A stretch of 64,000 nt of DNA from Planctomycetota bacterium. Its GTDB lineage: Bacteria > Planctomycetota > B15-G4 > JADJEK01. Position numbers and translations under genes: made by a program. This document shows positions 29,432-39,922 of the stretch, piece by piece. Every line of letters begins with the position of its first letter. The first letter of the stretch is position 1. The notes beneath the pieces are model-generated. The model made no database searches. It saw only the letters and a program-made list of their open reading frames with translations, and had not been told where the DNA came from. The stretch lies in NCBI GenBank assembly GCA_044225365.1, contig JBGAIQ010000025.1, forward strand, positions 1 through 64,000, written 5' to 3'.

Positions 29432-29714
29432 CCCGCCCATCAACGAAGCGGCCCATAGCACACGGCGAACGGCCAGCTCCGTCCAGGTAGCGAAGTTCAG
29501 GCAATGGCGGACGGGTGTTCCGCGCTCTCGAATGCCGCGAGGGCTTCGAACCTTCGCACCTACTCGAAAACATCGTCGGCGATCGAGTGCGGCTTGAATC
29601 AATTCGCCGCAGGATCCGCGCGACCACCACAAAGGCTGATTTGGATTCATCTAATGGCAATCAATTGTCCGGGGGTTGTCCGGGGTTCGAGGCGAACTGG
29701 GTATGCTCGCAGCG

Positions 29715-30377
29715 ATGGAATCCTCCCTGCGACGCATCCTCGAGCCCGAAGTGATGGACACGCCCGACGAGGCGGAGGCCTACGACCGTATGGACCACGG
29801 CGAGGTCAATCGCGCCCTGGTGCAGCGGTTCGTCGAACTCGGCGCCCGAGGCAGGATCCTCGACGTGGGCACCGGACCGGCGCACATCCCGATCCTCGTC
29901 GCAGCCGCGATCGGGGACTGCTCGATCGAGGCGATCGATGCCGCGCATCACATGCTCGCGCACGGCCGCCGCAATGTGGCGCGCGAAGGGTTCTCGCATC
30001 GCATCCGCCTCACATTGTGCGATGCGAAGCGCCTCCCCTTCCCCGATCACAGCTTCGACGCGGTGATCAGCAACAGCATCGTCCATCACATCCCCGAGCC
30101 GAGTGCGTGCTTCGCCGAGATCGCGCGGGTGGTGAAGCGGGACGGTGTCATCCTCTTGCGCGATCTGAAGCGCCCGTTCGATCGCGCCGAGCTCGATCAT
30201 CTCGTCGCGACCCACGCGAGGGACGCCGACGATCGCCAGCGCGGGCTGTTCCGCGATTCCCTGCACGCGGCTTTCACCCTCGGCGAGATCCGCAGTCTGC
30301 TCGCAGCGTCCGGTCTCCCCGACCTTCGCATCTACGCCAACAGCGATCGCCACTGGACGGCCGAGCGCGGCCGCTGA
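29715..30377 (+). CDS. Class I SAM-dependent methyltransferase
   Basis: ILDVGTGPA, DAKRLPFPDHSFDAVISNSIVHH; N-terminal EPEVMD..EA.AYD.MDH. Confidence 0.9.
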   Translation: MESSLRRILEPEVMDTPDEAEAYDRMDHGEVNRALVQRFVELGARGRILDVGTGPAHIPILVAAAIGDCSIEAIDAAHHMLAHGRRNVAREGFSHRIRLTLCDAKRLPFPDHSFDAVISNSIVHHIPEPSACFAEIARVVKRDGVILLRDLKRPFDRAELDHLVATHARDADDRQRGLFRDSLHAAFTLGEIRSLLAASGLPDLRIYANSDRHWTAERGR

Positions 30378-30472
30378 ACGCGCCCCGATTTGCATTCCAA
30401 CGCGAACCGCTAGGATTCGTAGGAATGCGAGGCGGTGGATCGCCGCGGAATCATCCTCCCCAAAGAAAGAAA

Positions 30473-31519
30473 ATGGAGAACTTCATGCTCGTCGGTATCT
30501 CTCGGATCATGGCCCTCGTCTTCCTGCTCGCGGGAATCGCGTTCGGAGGCGACGACGCCAAGACACTCGCCGCCAAGATCCAAACGGCCGAGGCCAAGAA
30601 GGACTACGCCGCGATGATCGACGCCGGCAAGCAATTGCTCGCGCTCGATCCCAAGAGCGCGGTCGCGATGAACGGGCTCGGCATCGGGCTCCACATGAGC
30701 GGCAAGTACGACGAGGCCCTCGAGTACCACAAGATGCTCGCGGCCTCGGGCGCGAAGGACGCGTCGACGGGTGCCTACAACGCTGCGTGCGCCTACGCCC
30801 TCAAGGGCGACACGGAAGCCGCCTTCGAATGGCTCGAGAAGTCCCACAAGATGGGCTTCGATCAGGTCGGCCAGGTCAAGATGGATAGCGACCTCAAGTC
30901 GCTGCACAATGATCCGCGCTTCAAGCAGATCCTCGAAGCGATGGCGGATCCGGCGCCGGCGAAGACCGCCGTGGCCGCCGCGGGCGACGAGACCAAGAAA
31001 GCCGCGCCGCAGGCATTCATCGCGTCGCAGTTCAAGGAGCGCCGTGGCACGCGCGTCGCCGCGTTCGGCGATGCCTGGTGCAAGCAGGTCTCGATCGAGT
31101 ACGGCCCGGTCAACTGGAAGGACGAGTACGAGGACCAGATCAAGAGCGGCAAGCTCGATGGTCAGCGCTGGCGCACCGGTTCGGACTTCTGGACCAATGT
31201 CGACGCGAGCACGTCGTTCGTGCTCGGCGACAAGACGTTCGACGCCGGCGAGTACTACCTGATGACCGAGCGCTCGAAGGACGGTCAGTACACCGTGATC
31301 CTCGTCCCCGCCGCCGAGATCCGAAAGGCTCAGATCGACGCGTTCCAGGCGCCGGAGTCCAAGGGCGGCGTTGCGGTCGCGATGAAGCACGAGAGCATCG
31401 ACGAAGCCGATGAGCTCGTGATCCGTCTCCAGACGGAGAACCAGGGCAGCACGAAGGGCAATCTCACGATCAAGTTCGGCACGCACCAATTGTCGGCGCC
31501 GTTCGAGATCAAACTCTGA
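30473..31519 (+). CDS. Secreted TPR protein with C-terminal DUF2911-like domain
   Basis: Signal peptide; YNAACAYALKG...AFEWLEKS...DSDLKSLHNDPRF; VSIEYG...WRTGSD...AGEYYL. Confidence 0.8.
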   Translation: MENFMLVGISRIMALVFLLAGIAFGGDDAKTLAAKIQTAEAKKDYAAMIDAGKQLLALDPKSAVAMNGLGIGLHMSGKYDEALEYHKMLAASGAKDASTGAYNAACAYALKGDTEAAFEWLEKSHKMGFDQVGQVKMDSDLKSLHNDPRFKQILEAMADPAPAKTAVAAAGDETKKAAPQAFIASQFKERRGTRVAAFGDAWCKQVSIEYGPVNWKDEYEDQIKSGKLDGQRWRTGSDFWTNVDASTSFVLGDKTFDAGEYYLMTERSKDGQYTVILVPAAEIRKAQIDAFQAPESKGGVAVAMKHESIDEADELVIRLQTENQGSTKGNLTIKFGTHQLSAPFEIKL

Positions 31520-31539
31520 GACTTCGGCCGTCGTAGCAG

Positions 31540-31580
31540 GAGCGCGCGGGACGAAGGTCGTTCCGCGCGCTCTTCGTTTT
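31540..31580 (+). terminator. Rho-independent terminator
   Basis: GAGCGCGCGGGAC...GTTCCGCGCGCTC hairpin followed by TTCGTTTT. Confidence 0.7.
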
Positions 31581-31594
31581 CACGTCCGATCATC

Positions 31595-33184
31595 ATGAGA
31601 CCGAGGACCTACTTCTTCGCCGCGGTCGCGATCCTCGCGCTGGTCGCCTTCGCCCTCTACGAGTCCTCGTCGCGCGTCGCCGTCGACCGCGAGCCACGCA
31701 CGCCGACGCCCTCGCCTTCGCTCACGGCGCCGCATCTCAGAAGCGATGGAAGGGCCGACGAACTTCGTGATCCGCAGCCGAGCGTCGCGCGAGAAGAAGC
31801 GGTTGCCGCGCCGCTCGTCGCGCCGATGCCCGGGGCGACGAGCGGCAGCGTCGTCGTCCATTTCACGAGCAAGGGCGCTCCCGTCGCGAATGTCGGCATC
31901 CGCCTCACGCAGCCGGTGAATCGCGCGGGGATCGACGCCCCGCAGCGTGAATCGACCGACGCGGACGGCATCGCGCGCTTCGACGAAGTACCGCCGGCCT
32001 CGTACGTCGTGCGCTGCGATCGCGGCCCCTCGCCAAGGGTCCAGGTCGTGGCCGGCGAGGAGTCGCGGGTCGAGATCGCGATCGACGATGGCATCGGAAT
32101 CGAAGGCCGCGTCGTGGACGAGAAGGGACAGGCCGTCGCGGGCGCCGACGTCTTCCTCTCGCGCTTCGGCCAGTGGGAGGAGGACGCGGTCGTCGCCACG
32201 TCGCGGACGGACGGCGCGTTCGACATCGCGGGTCTCGTCGGGAACAACCACATCGGGGCCCGCAAGGCCGGCTACGCGCCATCGGCATTGTTGCGCATCC
32301 GCGACTCATCGGGGGCCGAGAACGCACCGAATGCGCAGGAGAAGTTCACGCTCACGCTCGTGACCGGCGGTTCGGCGATCTTCGGCCGAGTGACCGACGC
32401 GAATGGGCAGGCCTGCGCTCACGCACGGGTCATCGTGGATCCCGACACCACGTACTCGAACCCGACGGAGGATGGCAGCCTGCGCCGGCACGAACGATGG
32501 ATGTTCACGGCAAGCGATGGCAGCTATCGCGTGGAAGGCCTCGAACCCGGAATGCACTCGATCTCGTTCCGCGCACAGGCGATGGCTCCGCATCGCCAGG
32601 AATGCACGACCCCGCGCGATGGCGCGACCGAAGTGAACGTCGTTCTGCGAATGGGCGCGGTGATCTACGGCATCGTGACCGATCCCGCCGATCCAATCGG
32701 CCGATGCGTCGCAGGGGCGCAGATCTCGGCCGAAACCGGGTTCTTCAGTGAATCGTCGTTCGCCACGTCGGACGCGCAGGGCGCCTACCGCTTCGATTCG
32801 CTTCCTGCGGGTGAGATCAAGATCGCGGCGACCACGGCGAACGCGCCGCGGTCCGAGCAGAAGGCGACGACGATCGAGGGTCAGGCGACACGCGTCGACA
32901 TCACATTGCGAGTGACCCTCGAGTTGAAGGGGCGCGTCGCCGATGTCGCAGGTGGTCCGATCAAAGGCGCGCGAATCTGCGCCATCTCGACGCAGGAGTC
33001 CACCCTGTGGGTCCGCGAGACGCACTCGACCGACGATGGATCGTTCTCATTCACCGGTGCACCCGACACACCTCTGCGACTCATCGCCTACTGGCCCTCC
33101 GATCCGGCGTCGCGCGGCGCCGAGAAGGACGACGTCCGCGCCGACAAGGGCGAGATCGTGATGGTTCTGAAGAACGGCCCGTGA
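31595..33184 (+). CDS. Carboxypeptidase-regulatory-like (beta-sandwich repeat) membrane-anchored protein
   Basis: Repeated GRV.D..G..V.GA.V / TD.DG.F modules; N-terminal TM. Confidence 0.85.
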   Translation: MRPRTYFFAAVAILALVAFALYESSSRVAVDREPRTPTPSPSLTAPHLRSDGRADELRDPQPSVAREEAVAAPLVAPMPGATSGSVVVHFTSKGAPVANVGIRLTQPVNRAGIDAPQRESTDADGIARFDEVPPASYVVRCDRGPSPRVQVVAGEESRVEIAIDDGIGIEGRVVDEKGQAVAGADVFLSRFGQWEEDAVVATSRTDGAFDIAGLVGNNHIGARKAGYAPSALLRIRDSSGAENAPNAQEKFTLTLVTGGSAIFGRVTDANGQACAHARVIVDPDTTYSNPTEDGSLRRHERWMFTASDGSYRVEGLEPGMHSISFRAQAMAPHRQECTTPRDGATEVNVVLRMGAVIYGIVTDPADPIGRCVAGAQISAETGFFSESSFATSDAQGAYRFDSLPAGEIKIAATTANAPRSEQKATTIEGQATRVDITLRVTLELKGRVADVAGGPIKGARICAISTQESTLWVRETHSTDDGSFSFTGAPDTPLRLIAYWPSDPASRGAEKDDVRADKGEIVMVLKNGP

Positions 33185-33239
33185 TCGTGGGGAGTGTGAT
33201 GCGTTGTGATCGCGGGGGCGACTCGCATAGACTTCGGGC

Positions 33240-35876
33240 GTGACCGAAGAGAACGCACCCCAGAAACTGAGGATCGCCGACGACAAGCCGCTCACTCCGG
33301 CGATGGCGCAATACCATCGGTGGAAGACGGCGCATCCGGACTGCATGCTCTTCTTCCGGATGGGCGACTTCTTCGAGTTGTTCTACGAGGACGCAAAGCG
33401 CGCCGCCGACGACATCGGCCTCACGCTCACGTCCCGCTCGAAGGGACCGGATGCCGTGCCGATGGCCGGCGTTCCCGTGCGCAACGTCGATCACTACCTG
33501 AAGAAGCTCGTCACCCTCGGCCACCGTGTCGCGATCTGCGATCAGATCCAGGATCCGAAGGAGGCCGACGGCGTCGTTGATCGCGCGGTCATCCGCATCG
33601 TGACCGCCGGCACGCTGACGGAGGACGACCTCCTCGATCGCGCTCAGGCGAACTACCTCGCCGCGATCGCGATCCACAAGAGCAAGACGGCGGGCATCGC
33701 GTTCCTCGACGTCTCGACCGGCGAGTTCGGCGTCGAAGAATGCGCGGAGGGCGACATCGTCGACTCGCTCACGCGACGGAACGCGGCCGAGGTGGTCCTG
33801 CCCGAGTCCCTGCGCGACGCCCCCATCGCGGCGCATCTGAAAGCGGCAGGCATCAAAGCGATCACGCTGCGGCCCGATTGGGAGTTCGAGAAGAACTCCG
33901 CGCTCGAGGCGATCGCCGAGCAATACGGCGTCACGACGCTCGACGGTTTCGGACTCGACGCGGAGTCCCCGATCGCGCAGGCCTGCGGTGCGGCGCTGCG
34001 TTACGTCTCCCTCACGCAGAAGACGAAACTGAAGAACCTCGCTCCGCCGCGACTCGACGCGACGACGCGACGGCTCGTACTCGATCGCGCGACGCGCGCC
34101 TGCCTCGAGCTCACGCAGACCGCGCGCGATGACCGCCGCGAGGGGTCGCTGCTCCACGTACTCGACGACACCCGCACCGCCCTCGGCGCTCGCCGCCTGC
34201 GGGAGTGGCTTCTCGCACCACTCGTCGCCGTCGACGAGATCGCGGCGCGCCAGGCCGCTGTCGCGGAGTTCGTGGGCTCGCGGGATTCGCGCACCGACCT
34301 CGCCGCGCTGCTCTCGCAGATCGGCGACATCGAACGATTGCTCTCGCGAATCGTCACGCGCCGAGCGAACGCTCGCGACACCGTCGCCCTCCGCGCCGCT
34401 CTCCGCACGGTTCCCGCGCTGCGCGCCGCGCTCGCGTTCGCGAGCTCCGCCGAACTCGTGCGGACCCGCGACCGGCTCGATCCGCAGAGCGATCTCCTCG
34501 TCCTCCTCGAGGGCGCGATCGCCGACGAGCCGCCGCTCACACTTCGCGAGGGCGGCATCATCCGCGACGGCCATTCGACAGAACTCGACGAACTGCGCGG
34601 CATCCATCGCGACGGCAATCGCTTCCTCGTCGAGTATCAGCAGCGGGAGATCGAACGCTCGGGGATCCAGAACCTGCGCGTCGGCTTCAACTCCGTCTTT
34701 GGGTTCTACATCGAGATCACGAACTCGTGGAAGGATCAGGTCCCTCCCGACTACATCCGCAAGCAGACGCTGAAGAACTGCGAGCGGTACATCACACCCG
34801 AACTGAAGGAGTACGAGAGCAAGGTCCTGAACGCGGAAGAACGCGCCAACAAGCTCGAGTTCGAGTTGTTCGAGAACGTTTGTTCGAGGATCACGGCGGC
34901 CCAGGACGCGTTGAAAGCGACCGCGTCGGCGATCGCCGATCTCGACGCGCTCTTGTCGCTCGCGAGCGTCGCACAGCTCCACGGCTGGACGCGACCCGTG
35001 GTCGACGAGGGCGACGAACTCGTGATCGAGGATGGCCGCCATCCCGTCATCGCCCATCTCATCGGCCAGGCGAACTTCGTCCCGAACGATGCGCGGCTCG
35101 ACGGCAAGGAGCGGCGCCTCGCGATCGTGACGGGCCCCAACATGGCGGGCAAGTCGACCTTCATCCGCCAGGTCGCGCTGATCCAGATCCTCGCCCAACT
35201 CGGCAGCTTCGTGCCCGCGAAGGCCGCACACGTCGGCGTCGCCGATCGAGTGTTCGCTCGCGTCGGGGCGTCGGACGACCTGTCGCGCGGCCACAGCACG
35301 TTCATGGTCGAGATGACCGAGACTGCGAACATCCTGAACAACGCGACGAAGAAGAGCCTCGTGATCCTCGACGAAGTCGGACGCGGGACGTCGACGTTCG
35401 ACGGAATGGCGCTCGCCTGGGCGATCTCGGAGCACCTGCTCCTCACGATCGGCGCCCGTACCCTCTTCGCGACGCACTATCACCAACTGATCGATCTTTC
35501 CGGGGTGCATCGAGGCGTGATCAACCTGTCGGTCACCGTCCGCGAATGGGGCGACGAGATCGTCTTCCTGCATCGAATCGCCGAGGGCGGTCTCGACAAG
35601 TCGTACGGCATCCACGTCGCTCGCCTCGCAGGCGTTCCTCGCGCGGTGCTCGAGCGCGCCGCGGCGATCCTGCTCGATCTGGAGAAGCAGGCGCCGGAGC
35701 TTCAGCCGTCGTCCCACGGAGCCCGCGCGGCCGCGCCCCCGAAGAAACAACAAGCGCTGTTGTTCGAGTCGAGCGAGCAGGAAGTGGCACGCGATCTCAA
35801 GAAGCTCGATCTCGATCGACTCTCGCCGATCGAGGCCCTCCTGAAGCTCCAGGAGTTGAAGAAGAAGCTCTCGTAG
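33240..35876 (+). CDS. mutS: DNA mismatch repair protein MutS
   Basis: TPAMAQY, FFRMGDFFELF, TGPNMAGKST, STFMVEM, DEVGRGTST, SYGIHVARLAG. Confidence 0.98.
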   Translation: MTEENAPQKLRIADDKPLTPAMAQYHRWKTAHPDCMLFFRMGDFFELFYEDAKRAADDIGLTLTSRSKGPDAVPMAGVPVRNVDHYLKKLVTLGHRVAICDQIQDPKEADGVVDRAVIRIVTAGTLTEDDLLDRAQANYLAAIAIHKSKTAGIAFLDVSTGEFGVEECAEGDIVDSLTRRNAAEVVLPESLRDAPIAAHLKAAGIKAITLRPDWEFEKNSALEAIAEQYGVTTLDGFGLDAESPIAQACGAALRYVSLTQKTKLKNLAPPRLDATTRRLVLDRATRACLELTQTARDDRREGSLLHVLDDTRTALGARRLREWLLAPLVAVDEIAARQAAVAEFVGSRDSRTDLAALLSQIGDIERLLSRIVTRRANARDTVALRAALRTVPALRAALAFASSAELVRTRDRLDPQSDLLVLLEGAIADEPPLTLREGGIIRDGHSTELDELRGIHRDGNRFLVEYQQREIERSGIQNLRVGFNSVFGFYIEITNSWKDQVPPDYIRKQTLKNCERYITPELKEYESKVLNAEERANKLEFELFENVCSRITAAQDALKATASAIADLDALLSLASVAQLHGWTRPVVDEGDELVIEDGRHPVIAHLIGQANFVPNDARLDGKERRLAIVTGPNMAGKSTFIRQVALIQILAQLGSFVPAKAAHVGVADRVFARVGASDDLSRGHSTFMVEMTETANILNNATKKSLVILDEVGRGTSTFDGMALAWAISEHLLLTIGARTLFATHYHQLIDLSGVHRGVINLSVTVREWGDEIVFLHRIAEGGLDKSYGIHVARLAGVPRAVLERAAAILLDLEKQAPELQPSSHGARAAAPPKKQQALLFESSEQEVARDLKKLDLDRLSPIEALLKLQELKKKLS

Positions 35877-35912
35877 GCGCGGCTTCGAAGGGAAGAACGC
35901 GCGCGCCTTCGA

Positions 35913-37532
35913 TCACCGGGAGATGCGGATCGTGCGCGGAGGGCGGCACGTCTCGAGGTTGCACACGGTGTAGATGAGGTCGGCCACGAACGAATCGCCG
36001 GGAGCGACGCGTTTCAGCGGAATACGGATGTCGCAGTAACCGGTGATCTCGCCGCGCGCATCCGCCCGCGGCGAGAATTCGGCCGCGAGCGCGAATGACG
36101 AGCCTTCACCGATCCGCAACTGCACTCCGCGCGCTTCGTCCGTGGGCGGATAGAGATGCCACCCGCTGCGGATGCTGATCACGATGCTGAGCTCGCTCGA
36201 AGTCGCCTGCGCTTCGATCCGCACCGGATCGTCCGCGGACATGCCTTCGACGCGCAGGACGACGCTCTTCGCCCGTTGCCCTTGGGCGCGCCACTCGTAG
36301 CCGCCCGTCTCCGTGAAGTAGAGCTTCCCCTCGTTCGCCGTCACCCAGTTCTTCAGATCCTGCGGTTCGACGCCGGGTACGTAACGCTTCACGAGCTTCG
36401 TCGCGAGATCGTCCTTCGGGTCCTTCTCCAAGCGATCGATCAATGCTGCGAGGAACTTCTCGTCGGAGTTGCCGACCCCGAGCGCCTTGCACTCCGCATC
36501 GACCTCGAGCTGGTATTTCGCCATCGGACCCGAACCGCTCGCCTTGCGGAGGAAGGGGCGCCGTTCCTCGAACCACCGCTTCGACGCCTCGCGATCCTTC
36601 ACGACCTCTTCGGGAACCCGCTCGCCGCAGATCGTGCGCTCGATCGCGTCGCGCAGGCCGTGCTGCTCCTCGTAAACCTTGCGCCAGACGAAGAGCACAT
36701 CACCGAGTCCGTCCCGGGGCTCGTACTCGCGCAGCGACTCCACGAAGCGGCCTCGTGACTTCGCCGCATACGCGATCGCGTTGAGGAAGAGCCGCTCTCC
36801 GGCCGGCGTGAAGCCGTCGGCGCGCCCTTGAAATCCCCACATCACGAACGAGCCATGACGGGCGACGGCGGCATAGCGTGGCCCCTTCATGTTGATGCCG
36901 CCGAGGATCCTCTCCGCATCCGGCGAGTCCTCGAATCCGTGGTTGCTCGTGACGAGGCCAGGCTCGGAGAACTTCTCCCTGAAGATCGAGAACGTCTTCA
37001 CCGTGTCGCCGAAGTCCGGCTCGAACATCTTGAAGTTGTCGGGAGTCTTCGTGTCCTCGAACTCGATGGCGACGGGAAACGGCTTGCTGAGGATCTCGTG
37101 TTCGGGCCGTAGCACGACGGCCTGATGATTCAGGCAGAGTCAGCCATACTGCCACGAGGTCTTCAGCTTGAAGGAATCCGAGACGAAGCCGCCTTGCCCC
37201 CCGACGAGGACGACGGGGAATCCCTGCAGATCGTCGAGCGTGAAGCCAATCTTCTCGCCCTTCAAGCCTTTCAGCTTCCCGTCGGAATCGAGTTCCTCGA
37301 CCTCGCCGCCGATGACGAGCACGTCCACATCGGCGAGATCGGCGGTTCGAAACTCCGAGAGCGACAACGTGCGTACGGACTGCGCGTGCTCTTCGAAGAA
37401 GCGGCGATAGGTATCGGTATAGGGCGTGCCTGCATTGCCCGCGTAGAGCACCCGCAACGGCAACTTCAGGGCGTCGCCCGCGTCCCCGGCCGCGACCCCG
37501 AGGAGGACACTCAGAACGAGGGGAATGAGCAT
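35913..37532 (-). CDS. Putative secreted selenoprotein (539 aa; UGA at 37140-37142 = codon 131, G-U-L-C) with DsbD-N-like C-terminal domain
   Basis: ORFs 37140-37532 and 35913-37115 are in frame and separated by a single TGA (WQYG*LCLNHQAVVLRPEH). Only the first part has a signal peptide. A hairpin follows the UGA. C-terminus reads GWHLY...YTVCNLETCRPP. Confidence 0.72.
37105..37122 (-). promoter_or_regulatory. Candidate bacterial SECIS hairpin
   Basis: mRNA GGCCGU-CGUGCU-ACGGCC; the stem starts 17 nt after the UGA and G is the second loop base. Confidence 0.55.
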
Positions 37533-37633
37533 TTCAATTCCTCGAACGTGGAGATCGGGCGAAACACCGGAACACGGCCGGGCCGATTCTACTCGAACGC
37601 GCGGGTTCCCCGAGCGGATGAAGTCACGCCACC

Positions 37634-37676
37634 AAAAGCACGCGACCGCATCCAACCACCGGTCGGATGCGGCCGC
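37634..37676 (-). terminator. Terminator downstream of tRNA-Gly
   Basis: Minus strand GCGGCCGCATCC...GGATGCGGTCGC hairpin followed by GTGCTTTT. Confidence 0.65.
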
Positions 37677-37683
37677 ATTCGTA

Positions 37684-37758
37684 TGGAGCGGGTGAAGGGG
37701 ATTGAACCCTCGACAACAACGTTGGCAACGTTGTGCTCTACCACTGAGCTACACCCGC
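37684..37758 (-). tRNA. tRNA-Gly(GCC)
   Basis: GCGGGTGTAGCTCAGTGGTAGAGC-ACAACG-TTGCCAA-CGTTG...GGTTCAATCC...ACCCGCTCCA; cloverleaf with encoded CCA. Confidence 0.97.
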
Positions 37759-38006
37759 GAGCACGGTTCTCGTGCCTCGCCGCCACGGTGTTTCCACCGA
37801 ACAAGCGAGCGGAGGAGTCTAGCAGGCAATGCGACCGAGACAAGCGGCGTCGGGGGCCAAAAATGTAGGGCCTGACCTCCGCTCGGAAGACCGGAACAGG
37901 GGGGCTTTCGAGTCGCTCGTCGCGTTCGGTTACAATGGCCGCGTCTTGCGTGGGATCCACGCGGTCTGCCCCGCGCCCTCGAAGCACGAGATCGACGAGA
38001 AAAGCC

Positions 38007-39854
38007 ATGGTCCGCAGCGTCGCGCATGTCTTCTTCCACTCGGCCGAGCGTCACCCGGACAATCCGGCGTTCGAGGAGATCTCGGGTCGCGTCTGGACGT
38101 ACGCCGATCTCGCACGGGATGTCGAGGAATTGGCTCTCGGATTCTCGACGCTCGGCGTCCATGCAGGCGATCGTGTCGGCCTCTTCGCGGACAATTCGAT
38201 CCACTGGATCCTGTGCGACCTCGCGATCCTCGCGATCGGCGCCGCCGACGTGCCTCGCGGAACGGATACCGCGCCGACCGAGATCGACTACCTGATTCGC
38301 CACAGCGGAGCGCGGATCGTCGTGCTCCAGGATCGGAAGCTCCTCGACGAACTCGCACCGGTCCTCGCCGATATCGCCGATCTGCAGTGCATCGTCTTGC
38401 AGTCCGGCAGCTTCAAGGAAGGCGATCCACGGATCGTGCTGTCGCTCGACGAGGTGCGCGAACGCGGTCGCCAGCGCATGCGCAGCGGCGCGCAGCTCGA
38501 GCCGCTGCTCGAGAACGTGCGCGACAACGACACGGCGACGATCGTCTACACCAGCGGAACGACCGGCCGGCCGAAGGGCGTCGTCCTGACCCACGCCAAC
38601 GTGCTGCATGTGATCCGCGCGATTCCCGGCGTCATCAGCTTCGGCGAGGACGATGTCTTCTTGTCGATCCTTCCGGCGTGGCACATGTTCGAGCGCATCA
38701 TCGAGTACGCCGCGCTCTCGAAGGGCTGTCGCACCGTCTACACCGACAAGCGGCGCGTGAAGAAGGACCTCGATCGGGTCCGGCCGAGCGTCCTCGCCGC
38801 GGTTCCGCGCGTGTACGAAGCGCTCTACGAGGAAACGCGCAAGAAACTCGCGGACGGCCCGCCGTTGCGACGAGCCCTCGTCGACTTCCTGCTGCGCGCG
38901 AGTTCCTATCACGCCTCGGCCTGCCGCATCGATCCTGCCACCGGTCGCGTGGAGTGCAGCCGCCCGCTCCTCGGACGTCTCGCCGCCCCGCTGCGACGCA
39001 TCGCGGATCGCATGATCTTCTCGCACATTCGGAACGCGCTCGGCGGACGATTGCGCGCGCTCGTGTCGGGAGGCGGCTCGCTCCCGCGACACATCGACGA
39101 GTTCTTCGACATCATCGGACTCACGCTGCTGAACGGGTACGGACTGACCGAGACGGCCCCGCTCGTCGCCGTCCGCAGACCGAAGCAATCCGTTCTCGGC
39201 ACCGTCGGCGCACCCATTCCGGGGACCGAGATCGAGGTGCGCGACGCGAACGGCAAGGTGGTGCCGCGCGGTGAGGTCGGCGTCATCCACGTTCGCGGAC
39301 CGCAGTTGATGCCGGGCTACTATCGCGACCTCGCAGCGACGCAGAAGGCGATCGACGGCAAGGGCTTCTTCGACACCGGCGATCTCGGCCGCCACTTCGA
39401 GAGTGGCGATCTCGCGATCACGGGCCGAGCGAAGGACACGATCGTCCTGCGCGGCGGAGAGAACGTCGAACCGGAACCAATCGAGAACGCGCTCCGTCTC
39501 TCGCCCTACATCGCACAAGTCGTCGTCGTCGGGCAGGACCAGAAGACGATCGGGGCTCTCATCGTTCCCGACTACGAAGCGATCCGCGTCCGTGCGGCGC
39601 TCCCGGTGAACGCGGGAGAAGACGATGGCTCGAGCAAGCCCGACGCCGCCGCGGTGCAGCAACTCATCGGTTCCGAGATGAAACGCCTCGTCGATCGTCC
39701 GACCGGATTCAAGTCGTACGAGCAGGTACGGCGTTTCGTAATCCTCGACACTCCGTTTACCGTTGAGGGCGGCGAATTGACCGAGACCCTCAAACTGCGC
39801 CGCCACGTGATCGCGGACAAGTATCGTGAGGAGATCGCGCTCATGTTCGCGTGA
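38007..39854 (+). CDS. Long-chain fatty acid-CoA ligase (AMP-dependent synthetase)
   Basis: YTSGTTGRPKG, GYGLTET, FDTGDLG, GRAKDTIVLRGGENVEP, LTETLKLRR. Confidence 0.95.
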   Translation: MVRSVAHVFFHSAERHPDNPAFEEISGRVWTYADLARDVEELALGFSTLGVHAGDRVGLFADNSIHWILCDLAILAIGAADVPRGTDTAPTEIDYLIRHSGARIVVLQDRKLLDELAPVLADIADLQCIVLQSGSFKEGDPRIVLSLDEVRERGRQRMRSGAQLEPLLENVRDNDTATIVYTSGTTGRPKGVVLTHANVLHVIRAIPGVISFGEDDVFLSILPAWHMFERIIEYAALSKGCRTVYTDKRRVKKDLDRVRPSVLAAVPRVYEALYEETRKKLADGPPLRRALVDFLLRASSYHASACRIDPATGRVECSRPLLGRLAAPLRRIADRMIFSHIRNALGGRLRALVSGGGSLPRHIDEFFDIIGLTLLNGYGLTETAPLVAVRRPKQSVLGTVGAPIPGTEIEVRDANGKVVPRGEVGVIHVRGPQLMPGYYRDLAATQKAIDGKGFFDTGDLGRHFESGDLAITGRAKDTIVLRGGENVEPEPIENALRLSPYIAQVVVVGQDQKTIGALIVPDYEAIRVRAALPVNAGEDDGSSKPDAAAVQQLIGSEMKRLVDRPTGFKSYEQVRRFVILDTPFTVEGGELTETLKLRRHVIADKYREEIALMFA

Positions 39855-39922
39855 GACGCACGGACGCAAGGCGTGCGTTCGTTGGATTCGTACACGAAGC
39901 ACGGAAGTAGGTTGAGCCCGCG

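Noticed and set aside
33081-35753. Long antisense or alternative-frame ORFs (e.g. 33081-35753, 26271-28850, 44383-46824, 56967-59348, 15528-17870)
   Set aside because: These are Arg/Ala-rich shadow ORFs expected at high GC, lying opposite well-supported genes.
37140-37142. Genome-wide TGA reassignment
   Set aside because: Many conserved genes here (purB, nadC, mfnB) end at TGA at their expected C-termini.
37533-37758. Integrative element at tRNA-Gly
   Set aside because: No integrase and no duplicated tRNA 3' end were found; a normal terminator follows the tRNA.
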